Shown here: positions 27,166-41,899 of the stretch, one piece after another
Layout: every line of letters begins with the position of its first letter
Position numbering within the stretch: position 1 is the first letter of the stretch
NCBI RefSeq assembly: GCF_009914755.1
Contig: NC_060947.1
Source of the DNA: the human T2T-CHM13v2.0 reference genome, Homo sapiens
Length of the DNA: 64,000 nucleotides
Strand: one strand, 5' to 3'
Notes under the pieces: model-generated
Seen by the model: the letters and a program-made list of their open reading frames with translations, nothing else
Database searches by the model: none
Told to the model about the DNA's origin: nothing
Translations under genes and position numbers: made by a program

Positions 27166-28370
27166 CTTGGTTATCCAGACCTAACAAACAATCCTAATTC
27201 CCCATGACACCTGGACCAGAGTTTCTGATGAGAGAAACTCTAGAGAAATACTAGTAGCAGAGTAATGATTTAAAAAAAAAAAAAACTTTTCCTCCAATGA
27301 GTGCATGCTTCAAAAGGGCTGATTTTTCAACTACCTTAATCTTTTGTTGAAAAGGTGTCAGAAATAGCAATGTGTAAACAAGAGCCTGTTAACACAAAGA
27401 AGATAAAGAGTGGAACTCTGTTGTGTGTGCTGAGCTGCCATGTAACAGTGCAGCCTTGTCCTCCAGGGCTGTTCAGCTTCCAGACTCACCAACCACCACC
27501 ACCCTACCCTCATGTTAGAAGGTTGGCTACCCATTTGACCCTAACTACTGAAGACCAGGTTTCTGGTACTGAGTGATGGTTGTGACCTCTCGCCTGAGAA
27601 CAAGTTTAGGTGAAAAGAAGTTGTTTTCTGCTCCTTTTTTTTTAACCCCTTTCAGGATAATATACATTAGTTCACAGCGCAAAGAATTTTGTTGGCCTAT
27701 CCCCTAACTAATCAGCAAGATACACTTTGAATTAGACATAGATTCATTAACTATATTGTCTCTATCGATTCTGAGTAGCACCAATCTTTTTTTCAACTGA
27801 GGTGCATGTGTGTATGTGAGTATGTATGTACATGCAGAAATAGTCACAAAATTTTATTTCTGCAAATTCAAGCAATGTTGTAAAGCAACACAAAGCATTT
27901 TAGTACATCTCACCTAAGGTGCAAACAGCTGTTACCAAAAATTCTAAATACATTTCTCACAAATCAAAGCCCCACTGATTTTTAGTTCCTTCCATTTAAT
28001 TTACTAAATGTGTTAAAATTGAGGTCTGTGACACAAATATGATACAATATTCCTTATTTTGATCCTGAGATAATGTGCCTTCTGAAGAAAACATGCTTAG
28101 CAATGTGAGTTACATGATTGCACAGATCGTTACAAAAAACTCTGTCCGTGTTATTTTAAAGGGCTGAGAGTCAAGCAATTTAAATTTCCAGTTAAGTCAC
28201 TAATTCAGCAAATATTGTTGCTGTCTTCACATTGTTACTACTATAGTTGTGACAATACACTACGCCTACTGATATACCTTCTGTCATCAACTTGGCCTCC
28301 TTTGGCTAAAAATCTGGTATGTTAAAATTTTAACTTGACTAACGTCAAATTTTAAACTTAAGAAAGTGTC

Positions 28371-28674
28371 GGCCGGGCGCGGTGGCTCACGCCTGTAATC
28401 CCAGCACTTTGGGAGGCGGAGGCAGGCAGATCACGAGGTCAGGAGATCGAGACCATCCTGGCTAACACGGTGAAACCCTGTCTCTACTAAAAATACAAAA
28501 AAATTAGCCGGGCATGGTGGTGGGCGCCTGTACTCCCAGCTACTCAGGAGGCTGAGGCAGGAGAATGGTGTGAACCTGGGAGGCGGAGCTTGCAGTGAGC
28601 TGAGATAGTGCTACTGCACTCCAGCCTGGGCGACAGAGCAAGACTCCATCTCAAAAATAAATAAATAAATAAAA
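28371..28674 (+). mobile_element. AluY with (AAAT)n tail
   Basis: Diagnostic GAGATCGAGACCATCCTGGCTAACACGG, GGAGAATGGTGTGAACC, GCGGAGCTTGCAG. Confidence 0.95.
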
Positions 28675-31519
28675 GGGTCGTGTTTTGCTATGTCCTCAAA
28701 AAACTCCATAGGATCTATTTAGCACAATACCTTGAACAGGGTCAGCATACATAAATATTTGTTGAGTGGGAGAATAAATTAATGAATGAAGCTTCAATGC
28801 TGAAATTTACTTTTAAATAGCATTGTCAGACAAACTGATGGATTGATTGCGTTTGTAGTTGGCATTTATATTGGAAGAACAAAATAAGTGAATATTGGCT
28901 TAAATTCCAACAAAAAATGGCGTTATTTCTTTTCAAGTTCATAAGGTAGGAACTGTCAAGCATAAAGACAACAACAAGAAAATGCAAAACATAATATCAA
29001 AGCAAAAAGAAAAACATCTTTCTCCCTATATCTTTAATAATGGGGCATGGAAAACTTTTGCTTAGCAAGCTTAAGTTGCGGGCTTGTTCTGCAGCTCTGT
29101 GGATCAGACTGTGATTAGACACTATCTTTTGCCCAGGAAAAAGGGCTAATAAAATTTACCATCCAATTCGTGTACAGGGTAACAGCAACTGCTGATTAGG
29201 GACTAAAAACTAGTTGCAACAACATTTTAATTACATTTCAATGTAAGACTATAAATTAATTTATCCAGACGAAATACGGTACTATATTGGTTTACAAAAT
29301 GGCTAATTAGCCCATCCAGAACTTGAAGGAGACCAAAGGACTTCCCATTTAATATATAAAGAAAATAATGAATAAACAACCACCAACAAATTATTTCAAG
29401 GACATAAACGTTTATTTCAGGCCAGAATCAATATTAAAGTAGGTCTAGCTTCAGCTTCATTACTTCCTAAGTCACTGCTTAGCAGTAGAAGGCTCAGTAT
29501 TTAATAAGTGTTAAGAGGTATTTCTAATAGTTGCTTCACTTTTTCAGCTGCACAAGAGCAAAAGGTTTTAAAAGGAATGGGGGAGGTTTTTGCTAGTTTG
29601 TCTGTTTGGGTTTTTTTGTATTGTCTATCCCATTCAGCCCCTTAAGCTCTGTTGAGAAGAACCCAGACAGAAGCATTAATCCACCCAGGGAGTTGCCATT
29701 AAAGAAATGCTTTTGTCAGAGTATAAACTCTTTCAGGCTATGCACAGATTCCGTGGCAATTATCCTTTCTTACGTATGAAACCATTCTTTAAACAGTGGC
29801 ACTATTTCTCTTCTATTCTTTACAGTAAAGAGATGGATGCACACCTTTCAAGAAATCATAGTTATCAGAGAATGGACCTTGTAATTTGGGGCTGCAATAA
29901 AGGAAATGGAATGTCATCACATCACAGGCAGTTCTGCCCTCTACAGCACATCCAGCACTACACCTCAGAAACCAAGTGGCCAAAGAAAGCAGCTTCCAGT
30001 AAACTGAATGCTATCGGTTCCATCTCCTCTTCTTGGGATGCATTCTGTGTGTCTAGAAAGCAGAGGTGACAATAAGGCCTTACCATATCAGAAACTTTTT
30101 AAAGGTTAATGAATTCTGACATAAAATAATGTCAGAGCCATAAACAACTCATAAATACAAAATCTAGGAAAACCACGGAAACACTCATCACACTTCTGAG
30201 AATGGCAGAACCCTGGATGATAAAACCACTATGGACTTCTAAATTATCCTTTTAATAAACTTGGTGGAGTATTATACTATATATCAATATTTATGATATC
30301 AGCTAATGACAGTTCAGGGATGCAGAATGCAAAATGCAGTCTGCCTCAGTACAATTGTGTACTGCCTTGGTAATTACTTCTAGATTGAAAACAGGATTCA
30401 GTTCAACTTGGGTAACAAGGAAATCAGTTTCCAATTTGGCAAGGTAGACATTTAATTAGAAGTCCTCTTCCCCTTTGTTATAAACCCATCTCCACATTCA
30501 AGCTGATGTGCAGAATCTCTATTGTGTTATGTGTGTATGTATGTATGTGTATGTATATCTAGATTTCACAAGCAGAATAATCAAAAATTAGGGGGAAATT
30601 TATTATCTACATCATTAAACATTAAGATTGTAAAGTGCCAAGTAGAAATGAATTTACCTCATATGGTGAATTTGACAAGTTGGGAGAGACAGTGGAGTCC
30701 TAACAATCAGATACCACATTGTGGAATTGGTGGAGTGAGGCAGAGCCACAAGTGGTTTATGTAGTGTCTACCTAAAATGGACGATACAAAAGAAAAATCA
30801 AAGAAGCTCAGCTTCTGGCTTAAAGCCATAGAAGCAAGGAAAGTTGTAGTTAAGGATCAAAGCTCCAATATCTAGTCATAATGTATTTCTAGTCTTAAAA
30901 TTTCACAATACCATTGGGTGCCTTAATGTTGTACTACCCAATTTGATCGGTACATGAGATGCAGAGTCTGACTATACCAAAAATATATAATACTTATAAA
31001 TGAAAATGTACATGTTCTGGTCACTATTCTGCACAGCTAAAACTACGTTTTTGTTTGCTTGCTTTCGTTCTTAAAAGTCTAGCAGTTAGCATTATGTGTT
31101 TTGAGTGAATATGTTGAGTGAATATGTTGTTTCTTATAGGATGATGTTTTTCCCCTCCTTCTCCTCCTGATTTTGTAAAGTAGAAATGCTACTTATACAC
31201 CACTTTTTTAACCAAAATACTATAATATAAATTCAACTAAGTTTCATCTTCAAAGCAACCTTATTGTTTAACTGTGACTCACAGATAAGGAAATTAAGAT
31301 TGACCTGTTGGCCCAAAATGGTAGCACATAGCTAGCTGGTGGCAGAGGCAACATAAGAACTCACTATACAAGACTCTGTCACTGTATGACCTAGAAAAAG
31401 TCCTTAAATATAGCAGATTCTCAATCCCTCATCTTTAAATCCAGGTAATGGTACCTAATTTAGAGTCTTAGCATAGAGATTCAATAAGTTAATGTACGCC
31501 TGGCACAGAATACTCACTA

Positions 31520-31755
31520 GATATTCTCTTTCTAAGGTCAAATATGTTTGCTAAATGCCAAGTTAAACAAATTAACCAGATATTTTTGCTGCAGGAATCC
31601 TCAGAGCCTTTAACATGCAGTGTGTTGCCCCAAGAGGCAAACAGAGAGTCTAACATTTCTCCAAACAACAAAACAACCAATTTTTTTTTCCAAGAGGCAT
31701 CTATTCATATCTCATGGAATACTGATATTCCACAGGAAACACTTTGGGAACCCTG
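31520..31755 (+). mobile_element. MER103-like (hAT-Charlie) element
   Basis: GGTCAAATATGTTTG...GTTAAACAAA...CTGCAGGAATCCTCAGAGCCTTTAACATGC...ACACTTTGGGAACCCTG. Confidence 0.7.
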
Positions 31756-32965
31756 CAGAAGACCATAAAATACTTTGGGGAATATGTGAAATGGGTCATT
31801 TGGATATGATTAATAAATTACCAGTTTGAATAACTTGTTCTGAATACACTAATGACTTTTTTGAGGTCACCCCAAACATCTAACACATAGGAAATAACAG
31901 TCACTTGGAAATGGAGCCCCATGTTTGCTTAGAAAGACAATGGAGTGGGCCAATTTTAGTGAAGGTTGGACATATTGTATGAGTACTTGTGCTTCCAAAG
32001 TAAAAACAGAGGCTCTTCTCAAAAGAAGAAAGATTCTTAGTGATTCTGCCCATTGCTCCCGATATGCTACATCATGTTTTCTGTGGTTCGCTACTACATG
32101 GGTCAAATCTTCGGGAGAGTAAAGAGAAAGGGAAGAGCAGCAAAGGCTTTTTATTTTTTCTTTTTCAAGAAACTAGAATCTTTTATGTCACAATATATGA
32201 ACTCTGTTCTTTCAGTAGGATACTGACCATTAAAACTCTGCTCAAATGTTTGAGAACTGTGACCCACATATGCCAACAAATAGTTATTAAATACCCAATT
32301 CTGTGTTAAGCAGTGCAGGTTGTAAGCAAATAGATCAGAGCAACTTACAATGTTGTAGGTAAGACAAGACTTACATCCAAAGAAAAAAGAGTGGGGAAGG
32401 TATAACACCATACAGTGCAATGAAGAGCTTGATCTTGAGGTACAAAATACAACTGTCATATGAACCCAGAGAGAGATCATTGAGCATTGTGGGCTGGAGT
32501 TGGCTCTTGAGGTGAACCTTGAAAGCCTGTAAGAGGTTGTCACAGAATTTCTGTAAGCAAAGCCAGTTCCATCACCCCCTAATGTTCACCAACTGTCAAG
32601 GGAATGTGTAGGGCCACTCCTTTTTTTTTTTTTTTTCCAGGAACAATAGAGAGAATTCAGGGAGTTTTACTTCTTTGCCTCTTCTTTCTGCAAGGGATGT
32701 ATGTATCAGCTAAAGATCCTCAAATCCAGCAGCCCTTCCCTCTAGGTCAGAGTGAGGATTTGGCTGCTTGCCTGCCCAATAAAGAAACAGAAAAAAACAC
32801 CAACCATAATAACAATTTAAGGGTTAGAGCTGCATAAGAACAATTCAGCAGTAAAAGAATCTACATGAGCTTGTGTGGAAAGACAAGTGCTATTTTCTGC
32901 TTCAGTCTGTGACTGGTAGAGAATCACTCAACCCTATGATTGTATTATTTATACAGAACTCACTA

Positions 32966-32984
32966 GGGCACCATCTGGTGCTAA
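32966..32984 (-). promoter_or_regulatory. CTCF-like motif (sequence match only)
   Basis: Minus strand TTAGCACCAGATGGTGCCC. Confidence 0.3.
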
Positions 32985-34093
32985 GCTAACTGCAAAAACA
33001 GGAAAATCAAACCCAAAGCCAATTGTCTTCATTGGAGTTTTCACTAATGACCTGTTCTTTGCCAATATTCCAACTGATCACATTCTAGTTTCAAACAGGA
33101 AAAGACATTTAATGTTTCAAAGAGAATTCTTAACGGGAATTTAGTTAGACATACCCTTGAAAAGTTTCTGTACCTATCTAGATCTTCTCAGTTGAAAGGG
33201 CATTGCCTCTATTTCAGGTCTTATTACATCTTATTAAATTGTCAGATCAAGTTCATAATGTCCCATCTCAGTACCCAGTCACCAAGAGATAAGGGTGAGA
33301 GGTGATCCTGCAAGATTATGTCCTGGAGATGGAAACTTAAGCCAAAATTGTGAGGAAAATTCTGCTGAAGTGCAAGAAGCAAACTAAAAAGTATCCACGA
33401 TGAAAATCATTCAAATCTAAAATTACTTTGGGATCCCACATTTGAATCTCAATAAGTTATTCTCACTGAGGTAGCAAACTTGACATTGCAAATATATTTT
33501 CCTTTGTAGTCAAAAATGTTTACAACTATAAGGCAAAAGGTGGGTGTATGTGTTGAACTTATATTTCTAATTTTTAAAAACCCAATCATGAAAATTTCCC
33601 TTTTCAGTTCTTATTGGCTTTTCCTAGGTTCTCCCAGCTCTCGTAATTTTCTTTCTGGCACAAATACTGTAAAATGGTACCTAAATTAATTTGTCTTCAA
33701 TATTATAAATTTGTCATAAAAGCTGTGCACATATCTTGTCTCATTTTGTTTTCATTTGAAACTAATACTGCAGGTCTTAATGGTACCTCAATACATAATA
33801 ATCAGGTGCCTTGGTCCCCATGTTGGTGAGTGTTTGGAGTTCTCTTGGGCTCACGGTGTGATTTTTCTCCCTTTAAGGTTCTATTTTATTAAAATTTTTA
33901 GATATTTTGACAATTCCAACAAGCAACTAATCAAAGCGCCAGAAATAGTGATATTAAGGGGGTTGCTCTACTAAACCTAACAGCAGAAGGAAGATTCATA
34001 TAAAGATTCATAAAGCATCTTTCTACAACTCAACCGTCTGACTTCCAGAATTAGGGAAGTTAATCCTGCTTGCTTAATATAAAATTAAGACTA

Positions 34094-34390
34094 GGCCGGG
34101 CGCCATGGCTCACGCCGGTAATCCCAGCACTTTGGGAGGCTGAAGCGGACAGGTCACTTGAGGTCAGGAGCTCAAGATCAGCCTGACCAATATGGTGAAA
34201 ACCCATCTTTACTAAAAATACAAAGATTAGCCAGGCATGGTGGCACTCACCTGTAGTCCCAGCTACTCAAGAGGCTGAGTGAGGCAGGAGAATCACTTGA
34301 ACCCGGAAGGCGGAGGTTGCAGTGAACTGAGATTGCATCACTGCACCACTTCAGCCTGGGCGACAGCGAAACTCCATAAGAAAAAAAAAA
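34094..34390 (+). mobile_element. AluS
   Basis: Full dimer, TCACTTGAGGTCAGGAG, GGCGGAGGTTGCAG; TSD-like AAAAT(T/A)AAGACT. Confidence 0.92.
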
Positions 34391-34489
34391 TAAAAGACTT
34401 AACTACAGTAAACAGCTAGGTTATGATGCACGTTAGAAAATATAAACGAATCAGCAATCTTAATTAAGAAAGTTCATTCATGTCACCAC

Positions 34490-34720
34490 AAGGGCTGTAA
34501 AGGAAAGAAAAAGTAGGCTTTGGAGTCACCTGGGTCTGAATCTTTAATCTGCCAGCTTTGTCCCTTGATCAAGGTACTTAACCACTTTAAGGGTCAGTGA
34601 CATCCTCTCATCTCCAAAAAGAGCTTAGTACTTCCTCTCAATACTTTTGTGGAAAGTAAATGGGATAACACTCAGAAAAATCTTGCCACAGTTCCAAGCA
34701 CATTGTAGGAGGTCTGTAAA
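34490..34720 (+). mobile_element. MIR
   Basis: GGCTTTGGAGTCACCTGGGT...CTTGATCAAGGTACTTAACC. Confidence 0.55.
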
Positions 34721-36244
34721 TATGAGTTCAATTCCTCTTTCACAGTTACTTCCCAAACTCTTCCTCAAGACCAACAACTCTGTGAAATAGATGTGATTTA
34801 CATGTAGCACACCACTGATTACAAAAGCCTAGGGAAACTGAGATGTATTCCTGCAATTATGACATTGACAATGTCCTTCACAAACTTCTGGACGTCCTTG
34901 GGTCCCATCTGTCACTGTATAACTGGAATCTACTCTTTATTAATAAGAGCTTCTCTCATTTCAAAGGTCCAGCTCTCTTCACCCCTGTCCATATCTCATG
35001 ACCCACTAAAGGGAAGAGCCTTTTTTTTTAACATAAAACTACATTATTAAACAATGTACTTAATATCAGCATACAGAATATTCACAATTTGATTACTTAA
35101 TCCAGAGCTACACCAAGGATGAAACAACTAGAAAGAAAAAAAAATAGAAAGAAAAGGAAATGCCTTTCTAAAAAAATTTATTTTAGCTGTATGAAACTTA
35201 AACATAACAAACTACTTGGAGAATTAATAACTTCGTTCTACAATAACAACTTCTATAGACTAGCCCTAATTCAATTTTTCTGTCCATGGCAATGACAAAG
35301 ATGCTGTATTATGCATCTTCCATAACTAACTATAAAAATATCCCATTAGCTCTATTTTTAAAGGATTTGCCACATTCATTCATTTCTCTATAGTTTATGT
35401 AAAGATTGACATTTTCCTGGGGTCATTTTCTATGGTCCTCAGTTTCATAATTTTTAACATAGAATTAAACCTTGTAGGTTTGGTTTGATGATAAAATTAG
35501 ATTGTGCATGTGACAAGGTTTGTGAACTGGAAAGCACGGTACAAACCGAAAAGGTTATTTTTGACAATAGAAAGGCAGCTTGATACACACAAAATCTGTA
35601 ACTACAGAGTTCCATAGGCATTTTTACTCCACTCTGGTGGAATCCCAAACCACAGAGACTGCCTTTCTAAGGACGCAAAGCCTTGGACCAAGCTGAAGGC
35701 ATGCAGAAATCTCAGATTTCTATCTAGCTCACTTTTTTTCAAAATTTCTTATTAAACACCAACAGCTTCCATCATCCTGACATCTCGTGAAGAGTATGTT
35801 GAAATCAATGACACTGCAGAGATGTCCCATGAATTTCCTCTGAGATGGAGGCCTTCCTGGGTACATGTTCTCACCTGGGCAGCTACACTTTCATACATCT
35901 GCCTGAGGGGTGCTGCTGCAAAAAAATTGCACTCATCTACACCAGGAAGATTTTTGTGGCCTTTCAAGGATGGAATCTTTTTCTGACCTGATCCACAAAT
36001 TCTGGAAAGGCCCCTCTGTTGACAGAAATAAGGAAGTCTCCCTCAGATCCCAGGCAGGGAGAGGTGAAGTCAGGGAAGGACAGTGACAGCACAGAAAGGA
36101 TGGTTCTAGATCACTGGGGAGCTAATCACTTCTCCAGGCTAGTGAAACCCAGGCAGGATTTGCTACAGGAAGAAGCAGGATGCCAGGAAACAAGAAGGCC
36201 CTGAGGCAAATCTCAGAAGCCAGAGTGATAAACCCAACAGGGAC

Positions 36245-36780
36245 TTCCCACTTTCCTTGGAATCAAATTTAAGCTTCCTATCATGGTCCATGACACCCTG
36301 AATGATCTGAACTCTGACTGCTTCTCCATTTTCAAATCATGTACTCACACCTGCTTCATTCACAATGGCTTTCTTTCTGTTCCATAGACCCGCCCACTCA
36401 TTCCAGGCTTCAAAACTTTGTACCTGCTGTTACTTCTGTCTGGGATCCTCTTCTCCCACATCCTTGCCTAAATGAGTCCTTCTCATCACTCAGGTTTCAG
36501 CTCAAATGTTACCTCCTCAGAGAGGGCTTTTTAATAATCTTAGTTAATGTTTCCCAGCTCTCCACTACCACCACCACAAAATCACTGTTTCCCATTATCT
36601 TATTTTATTGTCTGGTATGAATCACTATTTGAAATTATTTAGTTCACTTACGTATTTGTTTGTATATTATCTGTCTCCACCAGTATAGAATGTATGTATA
36701 GGTTCCTTGCCAGTTTTGCAGACTACTTATAGCTCCAATGTTTAGTATACTATCTGACACATAGCAGGTAATCAATACGT
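36245..36780 (+). mobile_element. L2 3' region
   Basis: TTCTCATCACTCAGGTTTCAGCTCAAATGTTACCTCCTCAGAGAGG; CTGACACATAGCAGG...TCAATA. Confidence 0.75.
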
Positions 36781-36800
36781 AAGTTTTAAATTTTGAATAA

Positions 36801-37098
<298 letters not shown>

Positions 37099-38806
37099 TA
37101 AATTTTGAATGATTTAATGAACAGTTAGGGATATGAGAAATGGCCATTTGTAAAACTCTTTGCAATATTAACAAAGAAAACAACCTTTAATGTGATACAA
37201 AGTATCACTGAGGCCTTTCATTTCCCTGAGGAAAGGCCTCATTTATAAGCTGTGTTATAAAATGAGTAGTAGGAGTAGGAGAAAGGAAACGGTCACAGAA
37301 ATGCCAGTTAGTTAAAATTCTGCTGACATAATTCTGCAGCTACTTCAGACAGAATGATAGTCAGAAAACTAGCCTGGACATCAGTGCAACTCCAAGCTTT
37401 ACAAACAGGCTCAGCACCAGTTCATTCTCTATTGCTAAATGTTACTGTTGTAGGTTGGGTCACGGTCTTATGTTTAGTTAATCTGAGGTTAAAGATTTGC
37501 GTGGTTGGATATACTAATTCAGAGTAATCAAGTATTGATTTTGTCTTTTAGCAACAGTGAAATAACAATACTCCGGTTTTATTCAGTGCCCTGTTTTATT
37601 TATTTCACAAATGCTGAAAGAATCATAGTTCATTTAAACAGCTATATTGTAATGCATGATTGAAATATTTTTCCTAAATTTAAAAATGAATACAAGCTCA
37701 GATTGTTATTTTACTACATTTGGAAGTTTCCTTCAGAAATTTAAAGCATAAGTTGAAGGATTTCCCCCTGACTCCACCAAATTTTATCCAACAGCAAGCC
37801 TAAGAATATTTACTTGATAAAACACAACATTTATACTTTTTGACATAACTATATTGCCACATTTAAATGGGGAAAACAGCCCAACCTCTGAGTGGTAGGC
37901 ACCTTCTTCTCACCTCCATTGCTCCCAATGTATAGCTCTCACCCCAGCTCCTAGCTGACAACCCAAAGCCTCTCACAGGTACTTCAGAGTCCCATCCCTA
38001 ACACCCCCATGCTAAGGGACAATCCAATAAAAAGAATTCACACTATGCACAAGGCTCTTTGCTAAATGTTGGCTAGTTTGTAGAAATTCATCAAGGAGGT
38101 CTCTGTCCTCAAGTAGCTGATAATTTGATAGAGATCAGAGAGGTTTAAAAAAAACTACATAACACTAGGAAGCTTATGCTATTTCACAAGGAGAATGTAA
38201 AATGTTTCAGAGAAAGAAGTACTCCATCCCTGATGCTCTTCTAACTTTATACATTCCCCCTGGGTAATTTTATCCATAATCACACCTCCTACTATTGCCC
38301 AAATGCTGTGGTCCCAGGTCTCTATATTCTGTCCAGACCTTTCGACTTGTATTTATAAGTCTAGTGACTACCTTCAGTCCATTTCAGATATTGAAGTTTA
38401 TAAAACATACAAATCCAAATGTATTAATGCTCCCACTACCACTCTTCCCCTCCTAAATTTTCCATCTCTGCTAATGAGATTATGACATCTCGCAAATTAG
38501 AAACCTTAGAGTCACCCTCCATACTCCATGCCTCTACTCTAGCCTTCAACACCAAACAAGTTACCAGGCCACATTAACACTATCTTTCTATCTCAGAGGA
38601 TGCCTCAGAGTCTAATCTCTCTGCTCTATTTTCACCTCACCATTGGCAATGCCTCATTCATTCATGTTCATTGACTCTGCGGTCCTATAGACCTAGGTTT
38701 ATGCCTTGGCTCTACCATTTCCAGCTGGTGATTTTGAACACTTATTTAATCTTTGCCTCAGTTTCCTCACTTATTAAATAGGGATAATAATATTTCTTAT
38801 AGCTCA

Positions 38807-39109
<303 letters not shown>

Positions 39110-39110
39110 T

Positions 39111-39183
39111 TATATATATATATACACACACACACGTGTATATATATATATACACAGATGTGTATATATATACACATATATGT
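39111..39183. repeat. Compound (TA)n/(CA)n microsatellite
   Basis: Read directly. Confidence 0.9.
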
Positions 39184-39756
39184 AGCATTTTACGCAGTGC
39201 CTAGAGCATACTAGGTGTTCAATAAATGATAATTACAATTATCATTGTAATTTAATCCCTAAATTGGCTCCAACCTACCTTCAGAGCTCCATTTATCATT
39301 ATTTTCAACTCCCTTCTTATCCCAAGACTGTACTAAAGTCTCATTAGACTTTGTGGGACTCCCTGAACACACCAAACTCTTTCACACCTCTATTCATTTG
39401 CATCTTCTGCTCCCCTGTCTCAAATGTCCTCCCTTTCTTTCCATTACTTGGTGTGCTTGTTGTTTCTGGAATGTCAAATATCTCAAGTTCCCATTCAAAT
39501 GTTACCATCTTAGTAAATGATTACTTACATCAATTTGTCACACTTCCCTTCATGTGTCTACATGACGCACACACTTACACACACAGACGTATGCATGCGC
39601 ACATACACATACACCTGGAAGAATCATATCATATTACAATTAGATAAAAACATTTGTCTTTCTCCTCTTTGTGATTACATAATCAAGGAGGAAGCACTGT
39701 AGTGCCCATTCTTAGCACCATGACTTATAGAACTGGGACTCAGTAATTGGTCTTTT

Positions 39757-39950
39757 TTTAATCAACTTTTATTTTAAGTTCGGGGGTACGTGTGCAGGAT
39801 GTGCAGGTTTGTTATATAGGTAAACGTGTGCCATGGTGCTTTGCTGCACAGATCAACCCATCATCCAGGTATTAAGCCCAGCACCCATTAGCTGTTCTTC
39901 CTGATGCTCTCCTTCCCATCGCCCTCCCCACTCCCCCAAACACGCAGGAA
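39757..39950 (-). mobile_element. 5'-truncated older L1PA 3' end with 16-bp TSD
   Basis: CAGGATGTGCAGGTTTGTTA...GGTATTAAGCCCAGCA; TSD CAGTAATTGGTCTTTT at 39741-39756 and 39951-39966. Confidence 0.92.
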
Positions 39951-40449
39951 CAGTAATTGGTCTTTTAAAGAAACACTTTCTGGCTAAGACAATCTAGGCA
40001 TACTTCATGGGACAGAGGGAGAGAGAGAAAAGAGAAACATGGTTTTTCTCTGATCCTGCCCTCCCCTGTTTGAAATGCTATCAGCACCCCCACCATCATA
40101 CCACTAGCCTCCCGGCAAAATCAAGGCTCTATCCTTAAACAACAAGCCCTGAGTTCTGTTAGAGAAACACTAGTGTCGACAAATCGGGCTTGAGTAAAAT
40201 GTTCATGTAGGATTGCAGAGAGGAAATAGTCGGGCTCAGATTGTGGAGGACTCTGAATACTAGCCTAAGTTTAAACTTTACCCAATAGGTGATGGGGATC
40301 CATTGGAGATTGTTTGGCAGGGCATAGCAGATCCAAAAGGTGTTTTAAGCGATTTCTAAGCTGTAGTATCTAGGATAGTTTGGACTGGGGAAGGAAAGGA
40401 TGCATTGATGTTTATGAAACAATGAAATTAATTCTTATGGGACAGAAGA

Positions 40450-40690
40450 AAAGAACTAATTTTCATGGATGGGCACTTTCTATGTACCAGTCACTCTTAT
40501 AAGCACTTTATGTACATTATCTCATTCAATCCTAGCAAGAATCATATCCATAAGGTGCTCCCTCTCATTAACTCTGAATTGAGAAAGCAAAGAATTAGAG
40601 TGGTTAAATAACTTGCCAAACGTAAAAAGGTCATAAATGTATGAGCTAGGATTCAAACCCAGGTCTGTTTGCTGTCAAAATCTAAGTTGG
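40450..40690 (-). mobile_element. MIR
   Basis: TAAGCACTTTA...ATTATCTCATTCAATCCT...GGTTAAATAACTTGCC...GAGCTAGGATTCAAACCCAGGTCTG. Confidence 0.75.
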
Positions 40691-41676
40691 GTATTTCTGA
40701 CTTATTTATATACCCTGGAGGCATTTGAGGACAGAAACTGACATCCTTTACTAGAGCCAGTTTCTGTGATTTCCTTCCCTTCCCTTTCCATCCCAAAAGC
40801 TTAAAATCTCATTCCCATGCTTATGGGTATTTTTCTCTTCTTGTCTTTTCATTCAGGCTATTCCACTGGAGAGTCTGAAATGGCAAGGCTGAAGTGGTGA
40901 GGGAAAAGGGAATAGTGAATAAAGCCCTAGAAGATGCTCTCACCAGCACTGTCCTAGCTGCTGTTTCCCCTATCCCATTTTTTTTTTTCCTTCTGGGTCC
41001 TCACTGACAGCATAAGTCCCATCCAATTTCTGCAGAAAAAAATGCCTTTCTGTAGCTTAAAATTGTTTCTCCTCTCAAATGAAGCTAAAACTTCATTTTG
41101 AATAGCCAAAGATCCAGTGCTAATTTTTATGTGCCAATTTGTTTCTCCAGAGACAAAATTAACCAAGAGAATAAGAAAGTATGGAAGGGAGCCTCTTTAA
41201 ACATTTGTTGTCTTTCTTAGAATCCTACCATGGAAATGCCTTAGAAGTCTTCCAAAAAGCTGTGTGTCTGCTTTAAGTTTAGAAAGTAGTGGCAGAAGGC
41301 TGTAAGATTGTAAAGAAGTCCTAACTTCTACCTTTAGAACATTAGCTCTTCAAGCTCAGAATCTTTGTTTTGTTCACTGGTATATTCTAAGCACCAAATA
41401 GTTCTGGGCACATGGTAGGTACTCCCTAAATATTTGTTGAATAATCGAAAAACACTTATTATGCAATAGCTAGGTTATAGAGGACTCAACATGATAATAT
41501 ATTTAACAGATTTGCATTAAATTAGTTTTTGCTGGACTGGCCTGTTAATTTAACCATCATTCACAACACTGTTTCTATGAGAAAATGCAAGCGGTGCACC
41601 TAAACAATCAACATACATATGAACTTTTTGAATATGGATTCAGTACTACAGTAGCAAGGGTAAAGAGTGATTGGGG

Positions 41677-41830
41677 AGCTGGGCATGGTGGCTTATGCCT
41701 GTAATCCCAGAACTTTGTTAGGATGAGACAGAAGAACTGCTTGAGTCCAGGAGTTCAAGACCAGCCTGCCCAACACAGTGACACAGTGAGACCTCGTTTC
41801 TATTAAAATAAATAAATAAATAAATAAAAG
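41677..41830 (+). mobile_element. Free left Alu monomer (FLAM_C-like) with (AAAT)n tail
   Basis: Single monomer ending GAGACCTCGTTTCTA plus tail; TSD-like AAAGAGTGA; internal 8-nt duplication of ACACAGTG. Confidence 0.85.
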
Positions 41831-41899
41831 AGTGACCAGGGTTATTTCAAGGGTGTTGGAAAGGAAAGAAAATATTTAAGTGATGCCATAACAATATTA

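Noticed and set aside
31102-31129. 13-bp tandem duplication (TGAGTGAATATGT)x2 and similar short duplications near 5450, 17677, 42813, 52598 and 58532
   Set aside because: Two-copy slippage products, not repeat-spacer arrays; not CRISPR-like.
25770-32660. Isolated strong splice signals on plus (donor CAG|GTAAGT near 25786; acceptors near 27655 and 32640)
   Set aside because: No matching partner site defining a plausible open exon; such signals are frequent in introns.
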